Shown here one piece after another: positions 50,201 to 62,611 of a DNA stretch of 64,000 nucleotides. Every line of letters starts with the position of its first letter. The stretch's first letter is position 1. The notes under the pieces are model-generated. The model did no database searches and was not told the origin of the DNA. It worked only from the letters and a program-made list of their open reading frames with translations. A program made the translations under genes and the position numbers. Origin of the DNA: Balanoglossus misakiensis (lineage: Eukaryota > Animalia > Hemichordata); contig CM082588.2 in the NCBI GenBank assembly GCA_040954595.2, positions 4,962,156 to 5,026,155 on the forward strand, read 5' to 3'.

Positions 50201-53200
50201 AGGGCACTTCATTGATATATAGGTTGAAACAACTCCCTTGGCCCATTTTTATGTTTGTGAGTACAAGGCAGTGATAAATTAAAAGCAATTACATGCAGGT
50301 GTCGCAGACGTCGACACCGTTCAATTCAATATTATTTTGTTAATCCGCAAACTTGGCAATTGGGAACGCCAGATTTGTTCACGTTAGTGCACTTCGCGTT
50401 CTGTATAAGGGAGCATCAATGTTCTATTTATAGACGCAAGTTGATGGTATCTGATTTTATCGCCTGATGCATCTGCCGCCCTGATTGACGTCGTCGTAGC
50501 GGTCGTTTTCTCGCATCTGATCCTTGCGCACACGGTTGTAAAATCGTCACGGATTCCTTAGTTTTATTGACAAATGATCTATCAACGAGCGCGTTAAATG
50601 CGTTCGCAGCGGGGTTCAAGAGGCTTGAGACGCGTTCCTTTCCCAACATCATTTCCCGTACTTGACGAGCCTCGGCCTCCCTACTGTCAACGCCATCAAG
50701 TCTCGGCGTCGTAAACTTTTCGCGTGTGTGTTCCATCAGCTTGTCCACGGCTGACATTTACCTTAAACGTTCCATAAAACGTCGCAGCAAAATAAGGACT
50801 GGGCTAGTTTCCTCCAAATGAGCGAGATTCGGCTTGATAGAGACGGATTGATACGGGCTGTCATTAACCGGGTCAGACGTAAATTGTGCGGTTGGCTGGG
50901 CGGGGGGTTCGGCAGCGAAACGTCAACTGGGGTAACCTGTGCCCACACCTCGGATCGCTCTGCCCGCAAGACGGCCGTTAAAATCACGGGTCTCGGTGAA
51001 TGATTATTGACCCTTAGCCAACGGGGGGAAAGCCGTGAGGATAATACGTGAACCACCCCTTTAAAAGGGAATTCTCCTCAGTGGAAAGAAACACAATTAA
51101 GTTGCTCTCAGGCGCTCTGTGAATTTTAACAACACCAGTTAATTGAAGTAATCAGTGCCAGAGGGTATGAGACGCCACTTTGATTTTCCATGTTCATTAA
51201 CTTTTAGTGGTTCATCAAGAAAGTGAAGATTGATCTACCAGCCTGACTACCTTAATGAACCCGCTGATGAGTACAAGATACTGGTATTCCGGGCGAGAAG
51301 TAGGGCCCTTTGGCTACATGACCCCAGTACACACTCTGAGCTGTGAGGGCCACACCTGATGTTGCTGCAGGGGACGTGTATGTGTTTGTCTTGGCCGGCA
51401 CAAGAAACGCTTTGCGCGTACCAAAACGGTCTTGACTTGAAAACAAATGTTCCCCTGGAATGAGAATGTTCATCAAAGTCATTCGTGTTCCATTTGCAAA
51501 CGCCCGACCAGACTTTGGGGGAAGTATGAGAGAATATATGACCAAAAACGTCCGCTAATTTACACAATCTGGGTAGAGAACGTTGCGAGTGTGGAGTTTC
51601 CTGATACTTTCACTAGCCAAGATCTTCGAAAAATAATCGCATTTTTTTTGTTTTCACAGATTGCCATGATGGACAAAAACACCCCATATTCCACGTTATT
51701 GGAAATAGCATAGCTACAAAAAATGTCCCTATCTTCCATGAGATTACCACCAAGGGGCCTCGGATACATCTATCGGCGTGATCAAACACACCCATCTTTC
51801 AGTTCAGTTGATAAACAGCCGATTTTATTCGACCGAACCAAGCTTGGGATTGGATTGGCCGTTGATTACGCTTTCCCTTTGCAGAAATTGGAGGTGAAGG
51901 TGATTGATTAACGACGACGTTACCGCACTTTCTCGCCCGGCACTCTCACGTGATTTCTTATCAGACGGCGACCAATTCAGATCTCAGGAATCGATTAATT
52001 CCGCTGGGTGTACCAGTTCCACACGCTTTCATACCTACACTCATCTAATCACACAAAGCCGAAATACAAAATCCTTGATTACTCTCGCTAAATGAAGCGA
52101 TGGTTCTGCATGCCAAATATTTACTTTATTCACGAAGACCGTTTCAGTGTCCATGACAAGAATAGCCAGGCGACTCCTTTCTAAATGTCATCTGTCCAAC
52201 CCCTAACGTTATAACAAAAAACGTTTTATTTCCCTCTGTGCATTTTCTATTTCATATACCTAAGTGACAGTCGTGCGAATGGAACAGACGGTTCATTGTG
52301 CTGGTGCACTTAATTCACAAAGATGCGCTCGGTTCCCCGTTTATGAAGAAAAGTCACGTTTCCATAGACACAGACGCAGTATTCTCCTGAATTGAGCGTG
52401 AAATCTTAGGGATAAAGAGAGATAAACATCAAGACAAGCGTTTGGGGAAAATAGTCCACATGACTTTCATTCTTTTTCTTTGCGATATTAAAGATCCTCA
52501 TTTATTCAGATGCATTTTGGATGTCTCTATATCAAAAACAAATGACTAAGGTATATAGGAATTGCTTTCCTGATATCTATTAAGTTGATATATGAATAAA
52601 GCAAAAGAAACGTTAAAAGCAAAACAATTAACCTCACATAAAACTTAAAAGTAAAACTAATACGAAAAATAAGACATGTACATTTGTAAGTAGACATACA
52701 GAAATCATAAATATCCGAAAATCCTCGCAAGATAATGCTAAAAGCTAATGCATGTAATCTGAGACAAAGAATGCTTTTCATAGGTAATCCGTACAGTATA
52801 AATTTAATATGAAGTAACGAGTCTCGACTTTGTAAGTTCTAACATGCGTACAATCGGACGTTTATTGAGTTTTACAAAGTTCTAAATTTACCATGACAAC
52901 ACAAACCATCCCCATCAATAACAGTTCAGTAACTCATCCATTTCTTATATAACACAGATCACCAGCGCGCTGATTAATGCGACAGAAATTCGAGCAAAAT
53001 CTTACGCAAACCCAAACTGGCGTATATCTAGTTACTATAGGGGATTCCAGTTTTAAGATGTTACAGTTCCCAAAGCCGTCATTCTGTTGTTATGCTATTG
53101 CATTTGATTAATGGAATGACGCGCTTAATCGTGTACTCGTGGAATTTACAGAGGCTAAGCAAAGTTGCTTACCGCCGAAATGATATTATAACCGCGTTAT

Positions 53201-55427
53201 CGCTCCTAGCAAAGCTGTTCTCGAGAGCGATTAAATAAATGTGTACTAAAAGATTAACATAAGTTTTCGAGGAAAACACACGGCATAAGTATATAGACAC
53301 GCTATTACAGCATGTCATAAATTTTATATTTACGATGACTAATCGATTATTTTTCTAGTTTTCATAGTACTCCCCACACGAATCTGGATGGTAATTACCT
53401 TCGGGGTATACATAAACACGCGAGGTACAAACATGCTTGTATGGGAGTGCTGTCACTTAGAAAATATTTTCGTGCGTCTCCGTTCATTTGAAGTTGTTCC
53501 TGAATTACCTTTAAGACGTCTCAACGAGCAGGACTCTCGCGGCAGTGTAACGTCCCTGAATACTTCGAAGCAATTTTGTCTGCGCGGTAACTGCGCACTC
53601 CAGCACGTTTTCTCGGCGAAACCCGTCAACTCATAAGGAAAAAATGCACTCCATTGGTCTCCTTTACTTGCGCGCATGTTGCGTTAACGACAACAGACTT
53701 GTGCCAGTTTGGGACTTGTAAAGAGAACGACGAGCTATATAGATCTAGATTTACAGCGACCTTCAGATTGCTACTCCGTTTCATTTGTTGGACGGATTCG
53801 AACAAGGCTCGTACTAATACAAACACAAGAGCTGCAGATTTCCACAAAGCGCCACGAGTAGATCTCTGAAGAAGCAGACGAGTTTGCTTCAGAGAGAGAA
53901 ACCTGCCGACAAGAGATCCTAACACGAGAGGTGCCAGTCACTCTGCAAGTGGCGCTGTCGAAACACAGCGTCGACCCTGAACCAACACTGACAACACTGC
54001 TTCAACGGGTAAATAATTAAACGTACGACTTTCCTGTATCAGCCTGAGTGAGCTGAGATTGAAACCTAGCATTCAGTTGTCACTGTATCTAAACTGACAG
54101 TGGCTACATCCGCATGTTCATATTCTTATCTGAGTCAGAGCATACCTTTCTCGACACGAATGCAAACCATTTGACGAGAATAGTTACTCTACCCCTCATC
54201 CATGTTCTGGAACGGTGTTAAGGGAAAAAACAAGCCCCTTAATATTTTAAAACCTACTGCCTAATGCCGATTCTTTGTCACCTAATCATTGTTACAACTT
54301 CAGAGATTAAAACACTGTTTGCATGGACTGTCGTTTGCGTAGTGGTACCCGCAAGCTTTATGTGCCTCTAAAAAGTAAATGCCCATTAGCAACACGGACA
54401 ATAACAGTTTTGTAATCGATGCTGAAATAGGGAATAACGACCAATTTAACGTCGGCGCTATTTTCGACTGAAATGAAAACGTTTTTCGGGAGAACTGGAG
54501 ATGTAATGGCACCCGGGCTATCACGGGAAATGCTACGCATAGGTTACACCAAGCTACGTCAAATTGACGTCACTGAAATATCCGAATATGTCTAAACATT
54601 CGTCAGAAGGCGAGGATTATTATCTGGGATGTTCGGCGATACCACCCATGACAAAGGGATTGGTAAGTCTGTTCGGGGGTGATGCGACGCTAGAAATTAA
54701 CCGACAAGAAATCGTGCAGTTTTTATGGCCAAGGTACATGTTTATGTGGTTGGCTGGTTCGCCCAGTTTTTTTAATTTTAGTCAAACGATAGACGACAAT
54801 TTCTGATTAACCCGTGCGTGATCTCCGCATCAAGAGAAAGTCACGCGCTTTCTGGGAGTCTCACAGGTTTGGCTAACATATGTTTGGACATATGGTTGAA
54901 TGTAAAATCCTGCCGTGATACATTTTCGAAAATGAAATTCCAATGTAACGCTATTTTTCTTCCTGAAATTAAATTATACTCGCCTTGTTGATATCGCCGT
55001 GGCCGCTGTGTATTGTACTTTCCAAGTCGCCCACTCCTGGCGACCAATTATCACCGGAATTCGTGAATACATAAAAATTCAATAAAACGTGAGGCATGTG
55101 CACGGATCCGGAATTCAATTTTATTAAAATGTGGGGAATATAAACGCAGTTAATATAAACATTATCAGGTGGGTGTTTTTTGCGGGGACTGTATAATAAA
55201 ATAAATCACAGACTATGTAGGTAACACAGCAGCGCCCTTTCAATGCATTCCGCTAGTTTATTCGTCTGGGTAAGCAATCGAATTTTATGCTTACCTAACC
55301 AATATAGGGCAGCAAGCCGAGCGAACGGAAATGTGATTACAGGTGACAAACGAACGCGAAGACAATTCTTCATCTCATAGCTTAAGGTTTTGCAACACAT
55401 CGCGTTCTTCATAATCACTGCCTGCTT

Positions 55428-58333
55428 TTAGCTCCCTGAATTGTAATCAGATTTCAAGTAGACTGAAGCTTATGGTTTATTTGTCGTTCCTGCCTTTGAT
55501 GTATCTTGAAATCGCGAAGAACTCACGCATGTGTGCTCACAAAAGGCAGATAAGGGAAAAAAACATCGACTTCTGGTCGAATGTTTTGCAAATTGGTTAC
55601 CTGTAAATTAGGCAGGCCGTTTAAAAATATGCTAACTTGCAGAAATTTGTCTAGTTTCACTTTCCTCATATTTGGCAAAAACAATTGTAATGGGAGCACA
55701 GTGTACTTAGCACTATTTTTGTGGAGTGTATCCTGACCCACGCCGCCTTTCTTTGTAATGCGGTTCCCACTGAATATTAGTACAGAAAAACAGAATACAG
55801 AAAACAATGACAAAATAGTGCAGTACTTAGCACTAAATACAGAAATTTGGATGCGAAAATAAAGAAAATGTACATCACATGGCGATCTTACAATATATTA
55901 GGTTCGAATTAGGGTGTACAGAGAAAACAATAGACCAACTCACCTGATCGGATGAAGGATACCGATCGAACGCATCGGCTGGTTGCAATCTCGCTTGACC
56001 AGTCATGGGAGTCATAGTACGACCTCTGCCATAAACCACACGTTCCTCCAATACCAATGACCCTCCCATCATCATTGACGGATATGTCACTGACAACTCC
56101 ATAGCCATCAACAGCGGACCACGCCCCCTGTATACCAGGACGGATCCATAGTTTGCCTTCCATGCCCACACCGAGCACGCCAGCGGCTGGCAGTGGTGAT
56201 ATGGATTGCACACAGCAGCTACCACCAACTGGCCCACTCCATGTACCCTCCACTGCAGGGCGTGTCCACATCTGATTCCCCATACCGATACCAACTATTG
56301 TACCATCTGGCATAACGGTGACGTCTTTGACACAGCAGCTGTTGGCCACAGGTCCCTGCCAGGGCTCGTTTGGATTGGTCGATGACTTGGTGTATAGATA
56401 GTTATCGTGGCCGACACCGACAACAGAACCGTCATATAGGGTAGTGATAGCGATGACGCAACAACTGTTTTCCAGTGGTCCTATCCAAGTTCCTTCTATA
56501 TCATTTCGTTTGTATACTTGGTAGTTGGATCCGACGCCATATGTCGGTGCTGTGAAGAGAAAGCAAAGTCACGAGTTGCTACAAGTCCAGCTTTGTCAGA
56601 AACTAGAATGGGAGTAGATTTTCACAATAAGGCGTCATACGTCATAGTGTATGTGTTACTGTACTTATTCAATTTTAAAATATTTACCTGCATTGCCATG
56701 GTAAGTTTGCCAGTTTGACACCTGGGCTGTGAAGATAATATGTGTAAATATGTTATGAAATGTTTTCCCTATTGAAGGTGTCAATTGGTGGAAAGATAAA
56801 AATGCCTTTTGTTTGTTAATAAGCTACTGCGCACATCATCATGTTTCTGGAATTTGGACAATAAACAACAGTAGAATGCAGAAAACAAAGATACTGAAAA
56901 CACGGCGAAAAAATATATCGAACAAAGAGATCGTGTCTGAAAACATAATTGTGTGCATAGCAATAACTTACCATTTCGCATAAATGACACTGACTTAACA
57001 CATCGACTACTAGCGATTTCGCCCAACCAGTGATGCGAGTCATACGCAGTTCGCTGCCACAATCCACACGTAAATCCAATACCGATGACTCTACCGTCTC
57101 CGTCCACGGAAATGTCACTGACACCTCCATAGCCATCAACGTTGGTCCACGCTCCTTGTACGCCTGGACGGACCCACAGCTTGCCTCCCATACCAACACC
57201 AAGCACTCCACCAGACGGCAGAGGTGATATGGATTGAACACAGCAGCTGCCGGCCACAGGACCACTCCATGTACCCTCCACTGCAGGGCGTGTCCACATC
57301 TGGTTACCCATACCGATACCAACTATTGTACCATCTGGCATAACGGTGACGTCTTTGACACAGCAGCTGTTGGCCACAGGTCCCTGCCAGGCTTCGTTCA
57401 GTTCGCTGGGGGATTTAGTGTACAGGTAGTTGTCAATGCCAATGCCAACCACTGTCCCGTCGGTCAAGGTGGTTATGGACGACACGCAGCAACTCTCTCT
57501 CAAAGGACCTATCCACGTGCCTTCAATCTCCGCTCTCTTGTACACGTTTAAGTTAGACCCCACGCCAAGTATAGCTGTTTGGGCAAAAAAATGGTCAAAA
57601 ATGCAATTTTGTGTTGTTTTGGGTCAATCGGACTACTTTTTTCGTAATATTCACCAAATTTTACATAGAATAAGCATATCATATGTCATCAGATCTCAGA
57701 ATGTGACGAAAACAGTGTGTTTTATGTGTTTTCTAAAAATGACCTTTTTGGGGTTAAAAATGGCCAAAATGGCAATTTTGTCTTGAGTGGGGTCAATAAG
57801 ACTGACTTTTTTGGAATCAGCACCATTTTTACATAGAATGGACTTCTCAAACCTTCCTTAACGGCACCTATCTCCTGGACTAAATGTAAGTGGAAGAAAC
57901 ATTATACGGTGCACAATGTTGACTGATTTGAAAATTGGGAGATTACTGTACTTACGGCGCTGCAATGCACATCTGATAACTTCGGTCTAGTAATGAAAAT
58001 ATAAAGTTTGTGTGACTGTACAGAATAGCTATAGCTCTGGAAATTTGAATTGAATTTCTCAATTGTCCGTCTGTCGGTTTTTGTTTGTCTTTTTCTGTAT
58101 GCAATGTGAGCTGTCTCTGAAATTATAAGCTTACTCCCCATCGATTTTGTTCAGATGCGTTGGGAAGTACGAACCTTTTGCTACATAACAAGGGATAAAA
58201 GTTACTCGTGGTTCAGGTGTCGCAACAAATATACATGTACCCAACCTCAATCATAGTAAAAGCATTTTCTTCAAAGGATGAGACATAAACTTACCTGGCA
58301 GAGCAGACACACCAATAAGATTTTGAAATCCAT
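55428..58333 (-). CDS. Secreted tectonin/tachylectin-like beta-propeller protein with two tandem five-repeat domains
   Basis: Phase-compatible GT-AG exons: 58333-58295 (MDFKILLVCLLCQ), 57986-57956 (TEVIRCALQR), 57574-56972 and 56549-55944. Each large exon encodes five repeats of about 40 aa (GxG..LW.R....G.W.GP...SCCV..I....DG). The terminal exon is uncertain; one candidate is 55435-55428 (GS-stop). Confidence 0.8.
57578..57839. repeat. Two diverged direct repeats (57578-57671, 57747-57839) in an intron, probably a transposon remnant
   Basis: Shared tttggg..aaaaatgg.caaaa..gcaattttgt..tg....gggtcaat...cacca..ttttacatagaat. Confidence 0.65.
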
Positions 58334-58750
58334 CGTGGTCGCCGTGTATGCTTCAAACAGCCGTGTGTCTGGAATTAAATAAAAAATACACCAGGGTCAC
58401 GGGGCAGAAAGGTCCAATCGCCGGGCTTTTTAATATTAGCCGCATATCGACCCACACTGTTATTTATGACCGCTAAGTAACTACGTGGCAGAAGTACGAA
58501 CCTTTTGCTACATAGGTCGATCTATACGTCGGTCGTCAGTCCGAAATATCCGCATATCGACCCACACTTTTATTTATGACCGCTCAGTATTTAAACTACG
58601 TGGCAAAAGTACGAACCTTTTGCTACATAACAAGGGATAACAGTTCCTTGTGGTTCTTAGCAGTGTCGCAACAAATATACATGTACCCAACCTCAATCAT
58701 AGTAAAAGCATTTTCTTCAAAGGATGAGACATAAACTTACCTGGCAGAGC
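58165..58750. repeat. Local mosaic of direct duplications around the first coding exon of the tectonin-like gene
   Basis: 58165-58304 recurs at 58607-58750, with the last 88 bp identical. 58440-58514 recurs at 58551-58629. Confidence 0.9.
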
Positions 58751-58858
58751 TTTCAATACTTTCAAGGGGCTTTGGAAAAGATTGGTATTGTCAGCCCCAG
58801 AATGGTAGCCATTGAAACAGTTTTGTTCTATGTGACTCACCTCGGGGGGGGGGGGGCA

Positions 58859-58866
58859 TTTTTATA
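58859..58866 (-). promoter_or_regulatory. Candidate TATA box of the tectonin-like gene
   Basis: TATAAAAA on the minus strand flanked by GC-rich sequence, upstream of a splice donor at 58741; AP-1-type TGACTCA at 58833-58839. Confidence 0.4.
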
Positions 58867-58935
58867 GGGGAGGAGGTCACTCACAACAATGAAATCAATG
58901 TCAGCAGAACGACAGCAATGAACTTCTGTTATTGT

Positions 58936-59258
58936 GTCGATCGGAAAGGTTAAAACTAAAACAGGTACATCACGAACAAAATTGCGGGTTAGTAAAATTC
59001 TCTCAACGGGACCCGAAAATGTCAATACTATTTTTATGACATTAAAGTTTGACACCAAAGTTAACATTTTAGCTCCGCTATCAGCGACGCCGGCCTTGTC
59101 AGATAGGTCGTCAATCGGAAAGGTTAAAACTAAAAAAGATACATCACGAATCGGAACAAAATTGCGGGTAGTAAAATTCTCTCAACAGGACCCGGATATG
59201 TCAATACTATTTTTATGACGTTAAAGTTTGACACCAAAGTTTACATTTTAGCTCCACT
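58936..59258. repeat. Tandem duplication, two copies of about 145 bp (58936-59079, 59110-59258)
   Basis: atcggaaaggttaaaactaaaa...ttaaagtttgacaccaaagtt.acattttagctcc repeated with few differences. Confidence 0.92.
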
Positions 59259-60027
59259 GTCCAAAGATATATGACTGCTAGTCATATATCTATGCAATTT
59301 GCCTATATCTGTCTGTTTTGAACTGACATCCGCCACAGACTCTTTTTTGATTTATTAATGGAAACATGAGGGTAGTCAAGACGCCACATTTAGCTCTGAA
59401 AACAATTCTATATGACTAACCGCCCTCCACACAATATCAACGTCCAATGCAAACATACACACATTCACATTATAACACCACAACAAACACAATTCCATTA
59501 TATCACTTTATTAGTGGCATACAACAGTTAAAAATCAATTCAAATTATTGAAACCAATGATGACAACATGGTCATGTAAATACAATAAGTGGAATGTAAT
59601 TTATATATTTTAATTATAAAATCTAGCTTGTGTTGGCTCCTACTAGTTCTAAATGACACAGCCATGCATTTTTTAATAAAGATTTTGTGTACATTAGTCA
59701 ATAAAACTGAATGCCTCATATGACGTGTAATGAAAACAAAACTTTACATTTTGCCCTTTCAATGATTTACAAATTGCTTTGTTTTACCTTGTAATTCTTA
59801 CAGTCAGATGTCCAGAAGTTTTACTGTGCATAATTTCGTTTCCCTTGATAAAGATACTCATTCCTCCACTGATATTTGTTCAAACTGATATTTATCAAAA
59901 CTAATCTACAATGTTAGGCAAATTACACTTAGTATAGTATAGTATAAAACAAATGTAACTGCTGAGCATGGCAACATACACGATTGTATCTCAGCCAGGA
60001 ACACTTGTGTATCACAGGTGGGGAAAT

Positions 60028-61794
60028 CTAAACCCACTGCAGCAAATTGAGTGCCAGGTAGATCGACATGCCCACCAAGGCGAACAGTCCAAAGTAACCG
60101 TAGGAACCTCTCAGGCGTTTCTCGGGATCTGAAAGCAAAAAAAAAGATAGAGGTATGGTTAGGTTGGGAAAGGGGGTTTCTGAGTTACAGAAAGCGTGAA
60201 TTGCAAGGGTTTGGGTTGATTTTGGGTTTAGGGTTATCGTGGTAGGTATCGATTGCCATATTATGTGGTACCCAAATTCACATACCTCCAGTGTAGTAGC
60301 CGTGGGCATAGGAAACCCTGCTGACAATCCACACGAGGCCGGCAACAGAGGCACACAGCTGCAACAAGAAAGGGGGAATGTAACGTATCAGGGAACACAA
60401 AGGTAAGTCACATTAACCAGATCACACACAGTAAACCATCTACAAATGTACAAGAGTCAATGCAACAGGAGTAATTGGGAGTGACAACCCAGCAGTCTTG
60501 AACAGTAGAACTCATAGCAGTACAGCAACCATTCAACCAATCTATTTGGTAGAGTCATTGTTGTATTCAATTGAGCGGTCAATTTCCAACACCTTGCAAT
60601 GTGGGTGACATCATCAAAGGGATATATTTCTTCCTACACATGAATACACAACAAACAACACACTCTTTGTCTTGCAGTACATTCTAATGTCTGAGAAAAG
60701 GAGTTGGCATCACAAGTACCAATTCAAAGAAATGTGTGGTGTATCTCAAATATGTTTACTTACTGGAAACTGCAGACCAGCTATGATTTGAAATATCACA
60801 TACACAGGATATTGTTCCAACCTGTAAACAAAAGACATGCCATTAAGCTGGTTATGCAAAATCTGCCTTTATCGCAAGATAATAATTTAACTGAATGGTA
60901 GAAACTGCTCACAGATAAAACAGAAGATGTAAATTCCACTCACGTATTTTGGTGGCCTCTCTGGATGCAATTGAAAATAGGTGCCCTGTCAGAGTACATG
61001 GCTGGGTACTGCAAAGGCAAAAAAGGAGAGAGAACTTGCATATAAATGACATAAAAATGCCCACTGATACAAACTGGACATTGTGAATTTGTACTGCCAG
61101 GCCAGCAGACTTCGGACTGTACCATTCTGTGGTGGCTAAGGTTAGCATTAGGGTAAATAAAGTCACAAATGTAAGGGCTAACCCTAACCATCGCCACCAG
61201 AGAATGGCAAAAATTGCTGAGTCATGCAACTTAAATATGTTTTACTTTAAGTGACACAAGTTTTCACTCTAAAATCAGTTATCACGACACATCCAATTGT
61301 TTACCAAGTAATTATTTTTCATTCTCTTTCTTTTCTTGGGGTCGTGGCATTTTTAAAATCGCGCATGTACTGGCCTGTGTCAATATCAGTGCGAGGATGG
61401 GTCGGTGATAGAAGCCTGGATGGAACCATGGCCGTTGTCTGGTACATAGCCTTCCACGAAACAGTACACTGTACATTTTTGCAGCATGGCAAAATTAACC
61501 GTGAACTAGAATAATTCACAAAAATCGCATACATTTCTCACGACATGGCTTCGAAAGCACGTGAGTCGCCATGCACTGTAGGTGGGTTAATATTTACTCA
61601 GTCGCATGACTTGCGTCGTGAGGCTATGGTGGGTTGCAATTCCAACGCCCACTGCCTACGTACGTACGTACCTGCACTTCGTACTTCTTTCTGGCCCTAC
61701 CAACATTGATAGCGAGGTACATAAGCATAACCCAACTTGCTAGGAGAGTAAATATCACATAGCCAAATTCAGGATAGATAGTTAAAGTAGCCAT
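60028..61794 (-). CDS. MGST3: Microsomal glutathione S-transferase 3 (MAPEG family), complete, 5 exons, 139 aa
   Basis: Exons 61794-61672, 61008-60944, 60821-60764, 60358-60286 and 60128-60028 splice in frame (420 nt) to MATLTIYPEFGYV...VGRARKKYEVQYPAMYS...FNCIQRGHQNTLEQYP...SRVSYAHGYYTGDPEKRLRG..., carrying the MGST3 motifs FNCIQRxHQNTLE and GYYTGxPxKR. Minus-strand AATAAA at 59507-59512. Confidence 0.95.
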
Positions 61795-62611
61795 CTTCGA
61801 GTATTTACGTCCTATGTAACTGCCTGCCCAGGGTCTGGCGATAGTAAACTTCTCTGACCTCTTTACATGTGGTCAAAGGTCAAAAGTCGTTTGGGAAATT
61901 GTTTCTCGTTTGAAATTTGCTAATCTTATGCTTTAATTGATTACGCCAAAATACATGTGTTATTTTAAGATTCACATATGTTTCACCGGAATTATATGTA
62001 ACCTCCTTACACTTGTCTGTGGATCTTTGTGTAAATGTCTACGAATGCACAAGCTGAATATGTTGGCATATGTTTGTCGACGTCAAGGGGCCGGGGGAAA
62101 TATGAACATTTCACATATACTCGGTCACAGAGAGAGCAAATAGAAAACCTATCGGAGGCAATGACGTATATTTATTGGGAAATGACTAGTTTTTATGGAT
62201 TTAGAGCTACCGTATTTTGGGCGTAGATCAATTTACGAAAATCTGAATAAGCGCCATCTTCGACCAAAGCCGTGAAACTTTCGGGGTCATCGACTGTAGC
62301 GGGCGCATGGCGGGTTGTTTCAAATTACGGAGGAAAACATCAAAACAATAGCAAAACATTGCGGAACAGGGCACGAATTGGCTTGAAGTACAGCATTTGG
62401 AGTTTGCTGTGTGGTTGAAAAGACATCGTATGTTAACATGTGACGTATGATTACCAGGTTAGACAGAAACTGAATTTTTGGTGTTAATTTTTACAACTTA
62501 CAACTTGTATCACTCTCACCTCCAATCCATGGTTACACCGTCTGTTCGACCGCTGGACACTGCATATTGACTTTGAAAATATCAAGGCACAATCTGTATA
62601 GTCAATTACAC
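61795..62611. promoter_or_regulatory. Putative bidirectional promoter region between MGST3 and DONSON
   Basis: 817 bp between divergent ATGs; YY1-type CGCCATCTT at 62252-62260; GGCGGG at 62309 next to TTTCAAA at 62318. Confidence 0.5.

Noticed and set aside
53862-53895. Small hairpin tctctgaag...cttcagaga as a miRNA precursor
   Set aside because: Too short (about 33 nt), and I recognised no known mature miRNA sequence.
60909-61229. Hydrophobic 106-aa minus-strand ORF resembling a membrane protein
   Set aside because: It lies mostly in MGST3 intron 1 and crosses exon 2 out of frame; MGST3 is complete without it.
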